Shown here one piece after another: positions 14,946 to 27,427 of a DNA stretch of 64,000 nt (its first letter is position 1; every line of letters starts with the position of its first letter). A program made the translations under genes and the position numbers. The notes below the pieces were generated by a model, which worked only from the letters and a program-made list of their open reading frames with translations, ran no database searches and was not told where the DNA came from. This DNA comes from Mytilus edulis (Eukaryota). The stretch covers positions 46,004,001-46,068,000 of the forward strand of contig NC_092353.1 in the NCBI RefSeq assembly GCF_963676685.1, written 5' to 3'.

Positions 14946-17225
14946 TATATAATCTCGTTTTTTTTCTCCACATTTTATCTACACACTATTGGAAAATTAG
15001 AGTTCAAGAATAAAAGAAAATGTGACTTTTTTACTTATATGAAGAGACATCTCTGTATTTATATAAGTACAAATCTGAATGTCTAAGGGATATAACTCTA
15101 TATATACAAAATAATTTACCTGGACAAGTTGATAAAAAGAAACACTTTTATTTCTTCTGACTGACTGGGTATGAAAGGTTGTTAAATGACTCTATATATA
15201 TATATATATCTCGTATAAACGTCAACACAACAATGTTAGATCTGTAAACTTGCTTTTACAAATTTTTTGTTCTTCCCTCATCGGGATTTGAACCCATGTA
15301 CTGAGATATCTTGACACCAAATCGCCTGCACTGTAGCCTGTGCGCTAGACCACACGACCAACTGGGCAAAAAACTTGTTGTCTAAATACAGCACAAACAA
15401 CATTTTCCAATATTAGAAAGAGTGTTATGGTTTGGATCTGTACAGACCTTAAAATCTCAATTAAAACAATAGTTAGTGATAAGTATATAGAGTATTGCCA
15501 CTGGGTTATTTTCCAAGTTTTTGAATTTTTCCAATATTTCTTTTCAAAATTATACAACATCCCTGCATATTTTAGTATTTTGTCAACAAAGTAACATATA
15601 GTATTTTTGATTCATTTATTTATCATGGGGTAGGGGTCTTGATCCCGAAATCCCAGGCTTAAAAACATGAAATCCAGCTGAGGTCCTGAATTTAAAGAAA
15701 TTGAAATACCAACATCCCGAACTTAGAAAAAAATGAATTCCCGGATCCCAGAAGAGTTAATCCAGAAATTCCAAGCTTAAAAACACACGATCCCAGAGTC
15801 CTGATAAGGGTCCTTCCCCTTCTGTAATCATTAGATTATAAGAAATATCTGCAAAAGTAACTTCAAAGTCATAAACAGGTTAAGGTTTTTCTCCATTCAG
15901 AAAAAATGTTTCAACTCTAAAAAATCATGAATGTCATTTGAGGAACCTTTTACCTCTGATCTTAGATATTAATCCATGTAAATAGGATACATGACTACTG
16001 AATAATCAAGGTTTATAAAAAGATCAATGTCATCAACAATTGAGGAAACCAGCACCAAAAATAATACCTCAGTAAAGCAATGTCCTCTTATCATGCTTGA
16101 TAAAATGGTTATTTATATAACATATTTCCATAAAAAGTAAACACTCTAGACAATTATACAGTGTTCTTCTCCAGATATTTCATTTAGCATCCTGTTAACA
16201 GGAGAAATGGAAAAATCATCTGGTTTCCAAAAATTATAGCATCACATGCATCCACAACATAATCTATAAGAAATCCTTTTCAGATACATGTACATGTAGC
16301 ATCACATTTAAGATTATAGCATCATATTACAATGATGCTAAAAGGCACTGGGGAGAACACTGCAATATACATTATACAAGCAAAAACACTTTCTTTTTTT
16401 AGTGATATTTGATGAAGTTGTATAGGTGCCTCGTTGAGACAAGATACGTGTACATATTGGATATGGCAACATGAGTTTGACCAAATCACATACAGGATTT
16501 TTAATATGATAAGACGTTAAAAACAATTTCTATAACATAACATTTTCCTAAGCATCTGCTTGACCCGCGCCCCCCTCCCTTTTTGTCAGAAAAATTTGGT
16601 TGATTAGATACATGACTGAAGAGGGTTCCCTCATCGGCAGTCAGAGCCCCTAATAAATATATATCTGGATCTGCCACTGCTTTTAAGTACTTTAAAAAGG
16701 ATATACACACATGACCCTTGTTGATATATTTTGATGTAAATTTTGCTTTCCAGATAGTATCTATCAAGTTATATTTTATTTTTACTACCCTGCATAATCT
16801 ACTATTTACTAACAGGGTAAAAAGGGTATCAATAGACAACACCCCTGCTGCACTGTAACAAACATGGGTTTAGAAAACCTCTTCCAAAATAGTCCTTTTA
16901 GTTCATATTAGTTGGAAATTTACCTGCTGAACACATGTATCTGTTTTGATATGTGAGTGAATGCCTAAAGTGATTTTTATAGAATTATGTACACTAGCAG
17001 TACATATGAGAAAGTTTATATTTTTGTCAACTAGCAGACGGAAGTCAACACACAGATGTCATGTTTGCTAATAAACCGAGACACTTTGTTGATTCAATGA
17101 CAGTTGCATGAAAGTTAAAAGAGAAATTTCTTTTAAAATTAATTAAAAGTCCCTGTTAATCACTTGCATTGTTTTTTAAAATTCAATTGAACAACATACA
17201 CATACAGTCGTCGTGTTCCGTTTAC

Positions 17226-17300
17226 CTTTCAATTTTTCGCCATGTTTACCAACAGCATGCTGGGAATTATAAGATATTTGCGGGGGTGTTTGTGGACCGC
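17226..17300 (-). promoter_or_regulatory. Candidate first (non-coding) exon/promoter of a minus-strand gene
   Basis: YY1-type CGCCATGTT at 17238 (AACATGGCG on minus), donor AAG|gtaaac at 17225, located at the switch from CpG-poor to CpG-retaining sequence. Confidence 0.5.
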
Positions 17301-18660
17301 TGTCAAGACGTTTGATATTCCCTAATTGTTCTATCGTGACAAACATAACGCATAAAGATTTATTTAAAGTCGGTTATACATATAACCTTTATGAATTAGC
17401 TGTATATAAAATTTGAAGCTGTCACCTGGTCAATGTTTCCCGAGAGTCCTGATTATTTTGCGATGCAGTCATAAGATTTCATAGCGTGCTTTCTGCGACG
17501 TCCGCGTTAACAAAAATTACCTAACAAAACTACTTTTAATTAATTTTGCTTTTTATTTATTGTTTCTGCAACATATACGTTCTCCTACGTACACAATCTG
17601 AATAAACTGGCATATTATCTGACTGAGACACATAATACAATTATTATATGTCTCGGATCAAAAAATTTTATAGTGACTATTATAAAGTACAAATCTTTGC
17701 TCGGATATATACCAAGGAATTGTATATTTGATACTCAATAAATATACAATTCCTTTGATAAACAGAGGCGGATTAAAGGGGGCACACTCTATTTTGCGGG
17801 GGAAATTTGATTGATTAAAGCAGTGAATCACTGAAGCATGACTGGAGGCAGACATGTGACAGAGTTGTCAAGCAACAACTGGAGATATGGAAATTTTCAG
17901 CTGAAGTTTGGGTCTCATAACTGGAGATTTTATATCGACCTTTTTATCAACGTTCGCATTGGGGTTTTTTTTTTTTTTTTGTGTGTGTGTTTAAACTGCA
18001 TATCTTCAAGCCGGAAGAAGCACATATATGTGGAGCGGGATGTATTGGGTCAGTTCGTCCTGATTACATATGTTCGATCTGAGTCTGTTCGCCTTGGGTT
18101 AATTCTCCCTACTTTTATTGAAAAATATTTATATGATATAAAAATTCTTGAAATTCATGAAAACACAGAAATATTTAAAAATAAGGTTGTGTTTTGAGCA
18201 TTAATGATGCCGACCGGCCGCCACTGATAAATCACCAATTCGGCATGATTTATCATGAGATCCTTGATATAAAGTCTGGATAATAAGTCGTTTCTCGTGA
18301 GTATTGGAAATTCTCTCTTTATTCAGTAACATATAGAGTATATATTTTTTAGATATATTATATACTGTTCAGAGCTCGTTAAAAATGTGTGTGTGGTTTT
18401 TGGGCTAAAATACTGTATAATATCTTCTTCACATAGGTGTGATGCACTTGATGACAAGAATTAATTAAGTGTGTTCCTACAGTCACTAACTTATGAACAG
18501 TGGCGGATCCAGTAGGACCTACTTTTTTTGACTATCAATGCTTTCGAATGGGGACAAATGGTTAGAACCCCCCTTTTTATGGGTTGTGAACACCCCTATA
18601 AAAAACAACTTGAACCACCCCTGACTTACTAATTCCAAGTTTCGACTGCTTGTCTCATAA

Positions 18661-19868
18661 AGGCGTAGGTCCAGTAAGACCCCTTTTTGGCCCCAAAATA
18701 TAGTAGTTTTACAGAATTGTTAAACTGTAAACTTTTGTTGAAAACAAAACTTTACGACAAAAGAGATGATTTCAGCTTTCCAATTGTGAACTTTCCATTT
18801 CTAAGTAGCAACATTCCAGCAGCACCTGCATACGGGGTATATATCTCCCAACTGATACGATATTCCCGTGCTTGCATTTCCTATCATGATTTTCTTGATA
18901 GAGGGTTACTGCTCACAAGGAAGCTATTAAAGCAAGAGTTCCAAATGGTGAAGTTGAAATCATCCCTTCGTAAATTTTACGGACGCCATCACGAGTTGGT
19001 TGACCGTTATGGAATAACCGTTTCACAAATGATATCGGATATGTTCCTTACGTCGTAACTACAATCCCCTTCCCTTTCATGAATATGACCTACCGAATTA
19101 GACTATTTACCGGATTTGTAATCACATAAGCAACATGACGGGTGCCACATGTGGAGCAGGATCTGCTTACCCTTCCGGAGCACCTGAGATCACCCCTAGT
19201 TTTTGGTGGGGTTCGTGTTGTTTATTCTTTAGTTTTCTATGTTGTGTCGTGTGTACTATTGTTTTTCTGTTTGTCTTTTTCATTTTTAGCCATGGCGTTG
19301 TCAGTTTGTTTTAGATTTATGACTTTGACTGTCCCTTTGGTATCTTTCGTCCCTCTTTTAGTTATTTATTGCGGGACAGTGGAATGCTTCTGCTACATAA
19401 ATATGGACTGTTTATCACAATACAATGCACATATATCGGGTACCAGCACCATTAAGTCATACTAAATTACTGAAATCTTCACAATTCTTGCATTTTAGTT
19501 AAATTTTAGACGGTTTTCTTGTAAAACGAAAGTGACCGCATTCGTGTTCATCCTTGATATTGAAATGTAAGTTGTATTTAATGATAATTCATAACATATA
19601 TAAAGGTTGTGGATGAACACAGATGCGGCCACTTTCATTTTTGGCAAAAACCATTTGAAAAGTGACATTTTTGGGGCATATTTGGTAGATTTTTCCTATT
19701 TTAGCTTGAATCGGATCGTTTTTAATGGCTAAATCAGTTAAAATCTTTCACATAAACTAATTGATTCAAATGAAATAGACACTTAAGTATTTAAAAAGTG
19801 GTCAAAATCGTTTGTCAGATGAACCTGAAATTTGAGGCCAAAATCGGTCTTTACCGGACATGACTCCT
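18661..19868. mobile_element. Non-autonomous TIR element hosting a Penelope-like insertion
   Basis: Imperfect TIR aggcgtaggtccagtaagacc / ggtctttaccggacatgactcct. Confidence 0.7.
18737..19359 (+). mobile_element. 5'-truncated Penelope-like retroelement (RT C-terminus plus 3' UTR)
   Basis: KTKLYDKRDDFSFPIVNFPFLSSNIPAAPAYGVYISQLIRYSRAC...KFYGRH, stop at 19058; inserted at a ctttt site; CpGs intact, so a young copy. Confidence 0.8.
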
Positions 19869-19899
19869 TTTCATTACGGTCGAATTGTCAAAGTATATA

Positions 19900-20560
19900 G
19901 AGTTTCTTAAACTACGTTGATCTTCTCAGCAAATCGTGTTTGACCACAGGCGGATCCAAGGGGGCCTCGGGGGCCCGCCCCCCCCTTTTCGTGGGAAAAA
20001 TTTGGTTGATTATATAGGAAATCATTGAAGCATGACTGGAGCGCCCCCCCCCCCCCCCCTTAAGAAAAGTTCTGGATCCGCCACTGTTGACAAACAGAGA
20101 CAACATGCTAAAGCTGACACCATAATTCTGAAAAGTTATAAGTTGCCATCAATACAAATGTAACACATGGCTCAGGGCCATACCTTTGTTATACAATGCT
20201 TTCACACATTACATATTTTTGTTTGTAAACATAGCTCCTTGCACATGCTACATGCATAATTATGCAGACGATAATACCTCGTCTTTTTGTAGATCTGATG
20301 GAAGCTCAATCAAGTGCAATCAATGAATGGTTTAAAATTTAAAAATCGGCAGACAAATCCTGACAAATTTCCAATTTTTGCAGTTAGAAAAAAAGATGAA
20401 TATATATGAAATCAGAACTAACATGCACGTTTTGCTACGTTAATACTTGTAGGAATCGACATGGATTATGCTTTTGGATTGTCATTGACTCGCATGGAAT
20501 TCTGATCATACATTATCGGATTTAGTTGGCGAAGAGGTAGACCGAATTCTTCTGTCCCTA
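19900..20560 (+). pseudogene. Decayed LINE (CR1/L2-group) reverse transcriptase fragment
   Basis: HNYADDNT (YADD at 20261-20272), preceded by PLLYNAF..IFLFV and followed by WF and NPDKF remnants; frameshifted. Confidence 0.7.
19945..20086. mobile_element. MITE family B, inserted in a decayed LINE
   Basis: cacaggcggatcc...ggatccgccactg; TSD TTGAC. Confidence 0.88.
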
Positions 20561-21311
20561 TAATGCTTATATTTATTAATTTCCATTTGCTTTTTATTTA
20601 TATTGCTATTTGCTATTCAAAAAAAGAGATTCGCATACTCTTTGTTTGCGCACAATATTCGCTGATTTTATACATTTTTAGCCATCCGTAGCTATATATA
20701 CACTATTAGAAAAATGGTTTTCTATATTTTCATGTGCCTCACTATGAACAATAATCTTTCTGAGTCTAGAAAATTCACTTTTAGTCAGTTGACAAGAATG
20801 AAAGTAGAATGTGATAAATGTTAAAAAGTGGATTATCTAGACACCGAAAGGTCGTTAATCATTGTAAGCCAAATGAAAATATAGAAAACCCGTATTGTAT
20901 ATGGTATGGATGAATAAAATCATCAAAAATCGAACGCAAACAATTAAATTGTATGCGAATCTCCTGTTTTGCATGGACACTACTCCGCATGGCATTTTGC
21001 GTTCCTTGTTCAACAATTACGCACCCATTACAAAAATTCTGGATCAAATCCATGCTTAGGAATACTGCAACTAAATACACAGTCATGTGGTGGACTGTTG
21101 TCTCATTGAATATCATACTACATCTTCATATCATGTGCATACATAGTGGCGCAAACATGAACTGAATAGTGGGATGTCAAACTTCGGAAATTCATTAGTC
21201 TGTGTCTTCTTTCATTTTTAGTGTTTTTCTCTACGGTGCCGAAAAGTTCTCAAAAAATAGAAAAAGTGCAAAAAAGGTACTCCGTATTGTGTGTGACAGT
21301 TTAACAAGTTC

Positions 21312-21472
21312 CAGGGGCGGATCCAGCCATTTTAAAAAAGGGGGGTTCCTAACCCAGGACAAAGGGGGGGGGGGGGTTCCAATTACATGTCCTCATTCAA
21401 ATGCATTGATCGTCCAAAAAAAAGGGGGTTCCAACCCCCGGAACCCCCCCCCCCCCTCTGGATCCGCGCCTG
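21312..21472. mobile_element. MITE family A
   Basis: caggggcggatcc...ggatccgcgcctg; TSD AGTTC. Confidence 0.88.
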
Positions 21473-21714
21473 AGTTCATATGGGGTTGCAAGTCTATATT
21501 GAATACAACTATATATATATATGTATAGTTTATTTCCTTGCAGATAAGAAGAATAAGAAACATGATGCTAAAAACTTTGAAGACAATAAATAAAATAAGA
21601 ATGGACGTGCCTCACGTAAGAACCTCGCGGTATGGTAAAAAAAATCATGTATTCCGACGGAGAGGTACGCAGAACAGTGAACCAGTTTTCGTTGTCATTT
21701 GAGGAGAGCGTTAT

Positions 21715-22145
21715 AAAACAAGGTTCAATCCACCATTTTCTAAATTTGAAAATGCCTGTACTAAGTGAGTCAGGAATATGACAGTTGTTGTCCATTCGTT
21801 TGATGTGTTTTATCCTTTGACTTTGCCATTTGATTAGGGACTTTCCGGTTTGAATTTTCCTCGGAGTTCAGTATGTTTGTGATTTTACTTTTTTTCTAGA
21901 TTAGTTTGTTGTTACATTTTTTTATATAGTTATTGAGATGATTACACATCTATGATATAATGGAATTTGATGCGACTGTCATGCAAGTGAGAGGTTTAGC
22001 TAGCTATAAAACCAGGTTCAATCCACCATTTTCTACAGAAGAAACAGCCTGTTCCAAATCGTGTTTGATGTTTTAAATTTGCCATTTAATTAGGGACTTT
22101 TCGTTTTTGAATTTTCCTTGGAGTTCAGTATTTTTGTGATTTTAA
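21715..22145. repeat. Two adjacent copies of a dispersed repeat (ggttcaatccaccattttcta family)
   Basis: 21715-21895 and 21960-22145; a third partial copy at 24460-24550. Confidence 0.75.
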
Positions 22146-23656
22146 TTTTGTTTATTTGATTTTTTCGGTTTGATTCTTTCTCCATTGCGTTGTGTTTGTT
22201 TTCGACTCATAAGTTTGAATATCTATGTGGTATTTTCCGCCTCTGTTTTGATATATATACGGCCTTGTTATTTCGTTGGCTTTTATTGACTTTTTTTCAA
22301 GTGTAATCAATTAGTTGAGAGTTAGAAGAAACTTGGTATATATGGGGTCAGTAAATTCCATATGGGGTGAGAGCGAAGCTACTTTGAGGGCTGTATTCTA
22401 TACTTTAAACTTTTAGATGTGTTTCCAGGGGTGGATTCAAGTAAGGGTGTGGCGCGGAAGCCTATGGAAAGACCAATATCCAAATCATGTCGACTTCATG
22501 TTCACTTTATCGTCTTTATTTAGATTTCTTGAACTGTATTGGGATTTAAGTTTTTGTGTTGTTGTTTTTTCCAACCTGAAATGGGTTTCTTGAGTTCTTT
22601 ATACTGAATCATTCAGTAGCAAATCTTTGGCATTCTTTGAAGATTTCATTATATTTTTCAGTGATAAAGGCACTTATAAGCTTGCTTCTAGGATACTGTT
22701 TGCAAACGGCGATCAACTATATTTATAGCATGAAAGATTGTAAGATGTACACGTCTGTCTGGCAGGGTTCATCTGACCTTGGCCTCGTTATTATGATGGT
22801 CTTCAATGAGTCTTGATCGGGGTCCTTCAATTATGTTAAATTATTATTTTTGTAAGTTATTTTCTCTATTCTCATATTAATTTTGCACATTATACACTAT
22901 TCTTTATATCTTAAAACCCCTTTTGTATTCTATATCTTTTTGGTTTATTTTTCTATACAGGCTTTATTTATTTGGTCTTATTTTCTGTAGAATTGCCCTA
23001 TTCTAACGCGTCGCTAGTAAAATACTGCTTATATACGTAAATAAAATTCTTTGAACGACACTTCATTGCAAATGCTAAACAAACAATTTCTATTCTTTGT
23101 CATGCATACTTGTCCGTCTCTACTTTTAATGGTACAGAATAAGAATAAGAATATTTTATTTTCAATCAAAGGGCCCTAGAAAGAGCTTTCATGTACATCT
23201 ACATGATTATTATCTTGTGTACAATAATCTTCTATATAATTAGTAAACGTAAATGTCAGCTTCTTTATGGCAATTGCTAGCAAAAATCGTAAAAAAACCT
23301 CAACATTCTTCCGATCGAGATAAGATACCGTACATGCTATTGATGTAAGATAATAAGTAGAATGCAACCAATCTTTTATAGTTTGTGATGCATTATAACT
23401 CTTTTTAACCTTCCTTCGAAGTATATAATATGCAACTCTCAAAATCGGTAGTGTTACTTCGGACAGAAACTAGGTGCAAGGCATTTGAAAATAGAACGTT
23501 CATGCATATTAACTTTGACAAAAAGTCCAATTTGTGTCATGACTCAATCATACTTTTTTTTAGTTTTCTGAAAACAACCTGGTTTCATAACCAAACAACT
23601 AAGTATTCAATATTTGAAAAGTTTAAAACTAGATTGTTTAAAACTAGATTTGAATC

Positions 23657-24425
23657 GGTGCATTACGTTTGCGCGCATTACCATTACATTTGCGCGCAAA
23701 AATCATTACGTTTGCGCGCAGCTTTCGATTACATTTGCGCGCATTTTTTTGGGCAGGTAAACTCAGGTAAACTCAGGTAAAATACAGGTAATAATGCTTA
23801 TTTATTTAATATTTTGTTCAATTATTTATAAGTATCAGTACCCCTTCCGTTAGTCTTAGTATGTTGTCTCTTTGACACATTCCCCATTTCCATTCTTAAT
23901 GTTATCATAAGGCACATATTTTGAAAATATTCAATCAGTAATTTTTTTAGGGAAAATACAGGTATTAATGCTTATTTATCTATTAATTTGTTCAATTATT
24001 TACAAGTATCAGTACCCCTTCCTTTAGTATAAGTCTCATAAGGCAGGAAAAAAAGAGATAAAACCGCAGACTTTTTTTTGATTTTCAGACACAATTCAAT
24101 AAGTCAAAGGTGTATGCAAAATTTTAAGAAAATCCGTGACATAGCCCATTCATATATTGTAACTTGACCTTAAGCTATAACGGAGTTTTTACTTGCTTTT
24201 AGAATTCAATATGAACAGTATATAATTTGACTGATAAACAAACTATTTTTAAAATTAATAATTGATTAATATGAAAATACAAAAAAAATATAGTTATTTA
24301 TAACTTAATATAATTTTTATTTATATTTTTACCTGAGATTACCTGTAAAATAAATGCGCGCAAATGTAATCAAAAGCTGCGCGCAAACGTAAAATATTTT
24401 AATCCCCAAATGCGCGCAAACGTAG
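23657..24425. mobile_element. Mutator/foldback-like non-autonomous element
   Basis: Long inverted ends built from ttacRtttgcgcgca motifs; 9-bp flanking direct repeat ATTTGAATC (23648 and 24426); internal direct duplication 23781/23954. Confidence 0.8.
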
Positions 24426-25109
24426 ATTTGAATCATGTTTCGATAGTTTTAAATATGTTATCCATTCGTTTGATGCGTTTTAGCTTTTGATTTTGCCATT
24501 TGATTAGGTAGGGACTTTCCTCGGAGTTTAGTATTTTTTATGATTTTACTTACATGTATAACTATATTAGCAAGCCAAGTTAAGTTTTATAACGCATTCA
24601 TATATTATTTTATCATTGAAAAGCTAGATAATTAGAAACACTATATAACCAGAGACATATATTAATACATTTATTTGTATTATATATCTTTGGTGGAACA
24701 AAATACATCATGACCAGTACCCTGGGGGGGGGGGGGGGGGGGTTCGGGGTTCGCACGACCCCCATCCCCTGGAAACCAAATAAGCACTGTTAAATTCAAC
24801 GTTCTGTTCAAATTGTGACTGTTAAAGTCGAGTTCATGAGTCCAAATACCACTCTTGGAAATTCCTGGCTACGGGCCTGAAATAATTAGTTGCAAATTAA
24901 ACAAAATCAGTGAATATATTTAAAGATTTATAACACAATAAAGTAACTTCATTTTGATATATAAAAATATTAATGTTATCAACAATTTATAAACAGTATG
25001 TCAAGTTAATTTGTACAAGAGACAGTGTATTTTCTGTAGTATATTATATTATTTTATTTTATTATTTTACTACACATGTAACATATCTATTGTCTGTGTA
25101 TTGCATTAA

Positions 25110-25467
25110 CATATAATTACATTATAGATGTATGTTTCATTATAATACTTTATTTTGATTGGCTAACTGCACATCACGTGTTATTCCGTAAGCAATTGCA
25201 TCACTCAATAAAACTTTTCATTCATGATAACACGTGGTCCCGCAATAAAGTGCACAGGTGAATTAAATAAAAACAATATAAAATTCGTGTTTTTTTTTTA
25301 TCATAGCTAAAAAATGTAATTATAAGTATTGAATGCTTCTTTTTGTAACTTCATAAGGTTGTAAAAGCGTTGACCGTGCGCACATTTTTAGAATGAAGCG
25401 CGGAAATGTACTTCGGTCAACGCTTTTACACCCCAATGAATTTACAAAAAGAAGCCTTCAATTCTTA
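25110..25467. mobile_element. Unclassified element ending in a long hairpin (25323-25467)
   Basis: About 55-bp inverted arms taagtattgaa..gcgttgaccg / cggtcaacgc..ttcaattctta; gattgg near the other end. Confidence 0.65.
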
Positions 25468-25669
25468 ATTGTTTATAATAATATTGTGTGTATGCTATAT
25501 GATCCTATATGCCCTCCTGGGGCCCTAATTTGGTAAATAAAAATATTCTATTCTACTATTCATAATTATATGTCTCTGAGTGGATAATTGTAAAATTGAT
25601 TAGTGATTTTAACAATAATATATATATTGGATTTATTGCCAAGTGCTCCAATATTGGAAGGATTTACGA

Positions 25670-25920
25670 AAGAAGAAGATGGATACCATCGCAAGATATA
25701 CTCATAAAAAGCCAGTCTAGAACAAGAACTACCCATCAACAGACAATACAGACAACTTCAGTGTAATAAAGACACCTTTAAATTTTCTTTTTTTCAGCCA
25801 AACAATCAAAGGATGGAACAAATTACCACCCGATATCTCAAACCAAACATCTACAGACAACTTTAAGGATGCACTCACTCATGAGGTGCTCCTTAAAACA
25901 TACTCTCATCTAAACTAAAT
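25670..25920 (+). mobile_element. CR1-group LINE 3' ORF fragment
   Basis: YRQLQCNKDTFKFSFF / TIKGWNKLPPDI with one frameshift. Confidence 0.7.
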
Positions 25921-26189
25921 GTGCTTATTGTTTTTATTTTATAGTTATACAAAAATATATATAAAAAATGTAAAAAATTGAAACTTAAAAAATTTTATAG
26001 ATCTATTTCATAAATAAATAAAAGTTAAAAAAAAAATGAAATTAACTTAAAACGACCTCATACAGACATGCGCCGGAAAGTAATCCTCAAAAAGTTTATG
26101 GTATTCCCAAGGATTTGTATAGTAATTAATCCTTGGTATTCCGTAACTAAAGAAGGTCTCCAGTATAATATCGGAGTTATTCCCCGTTG

Positions 26190-26424
26190 ATCAGTCTCAG
26201 CAGCATATATCACGTGACAAATTATTTATTATGTACAGATGAAGTAATGTAAACAGTTCTGCATAATTAAGCCCTAAATTGTCTCACAATCACTCTTAGG
26301 TTTGTATTTTTAACAGAAAATTGTATATTAACAAATTTACAACGATCACTACAATATTATCACGGAGGAATCGTTCAAAGATCTGTAGATAAAAAAAGGG
26401 GGAGCCATGTAAGGAAACCGTAGC
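26190..26424 (+). promoter_or_regulatory. Candidate promoter / non-coding first exon of GluN1
   Basis: Non-repetitive, CpG-retaining stretch with TCACGTGAC E-box at 26209 and two gtaagg donors (26408, 26425); coding exon 1 starts with an acceptor, so an upstream exon is expected. Confidence 0.3.
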
Positions 26425-26625
26425 GTAAGGTCTTATTACACGCAGATTAACTACTATGGCTGATAAGGAAAGTTGAGTTGCTTTAAAAATAATTCAACAT
26501 GATATGTATAAAACACAGGTTCAGTAAACATGGTTAATGGTCAAATCAGGAGCATATAATTTTGACTGTTCCCAGGTTAAATTAGCTTGATTGAGCTATA
26601 AAAACTTATCTCCTTTATTAATTTA

Positions 26626-27377
26626 TTATAGGATTAAACACATTTTTCTAGAGGTTATTGATGTGTAAACCGGGGCAATTAACTCACAAACTGAATAAAA
26701 GTCCATAGACTTTTATGTTGAGTTTGTGAGTAAGAGCCCCGGTTTACACATCAATAACCTCTAGAAAAAATGTGTTTAATCCTTATAATTCTTCAGCCAA
26801 ACATTTGTGATATTTAATAAACATTTTTTTTGTTGATGGCTACTATATACATTAATCATCAAAAGCACAATGGCAAGTCGTAACTAAGGAGTACGCCGCC
26901 ATCTTGACTTCATAAAAACCATAAATGTCCGATAAATACAACGGAATCTAAAATGAAATAGCACCTACCTCAAAAACTTCATTTTAATTAAATGTTATCC
27001 TAATTTGAAGCGTACACGTAACGAAATAATCTTTCCCTTTACGTCTATTCGTATGAGGTCGTGTTTTGCCATGACGTAAATTCGCCAAAACCTTCATGAA
27101 ATTTCGCGGAATTTTATCAAATTTTATTTTTATACATTTTTGAAGCTTTAGTGCATTAAATTTCTTTCTTTTTTCTGTTAAATATGCAACAATTGTTTTT
27201 AAATCTCAATTTGCTGAAAATCCCGGGATCACTGCAAGCTTGTGTATCACGCATGAATAGATTACAAAAGTAGTTTCGGAAACATGGTTTAATATCAAAG
27301 TGTAAACTTAGAGAAAAATTCTCATTGACCAATCCAATTCAAGTATTTATAGATATGCAACTCATATAAGAATTATA
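26626..27377. mobile_element. Unclassified element starting with a near-perfect ~160-nt hairpin (26626-26788)
   Basis: Arms of about 78 nt around a cata loop at 26704; ataattctt / aagaattat inverted pair; ccaatc near the far end. Confidence 0.7.
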
Positions 27378-27427
27378 CTCAATTATTTCATTAGAGTCGA
27401 AATAGGGGTAACTTCATGAGGAATAAC

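Noticed and set aside
19142-19465. 107-aa hydrophobic ORF
   Set aside because: Spans the T-rich 3' UTR of the Penelope-like fragment and the host transposon; GTG start
20859-21165. Overlapping 70-85 aa ORFs in the intergenic zone
   Set aside because: No recognisable domain, and partly made of an Mg1-like fragment
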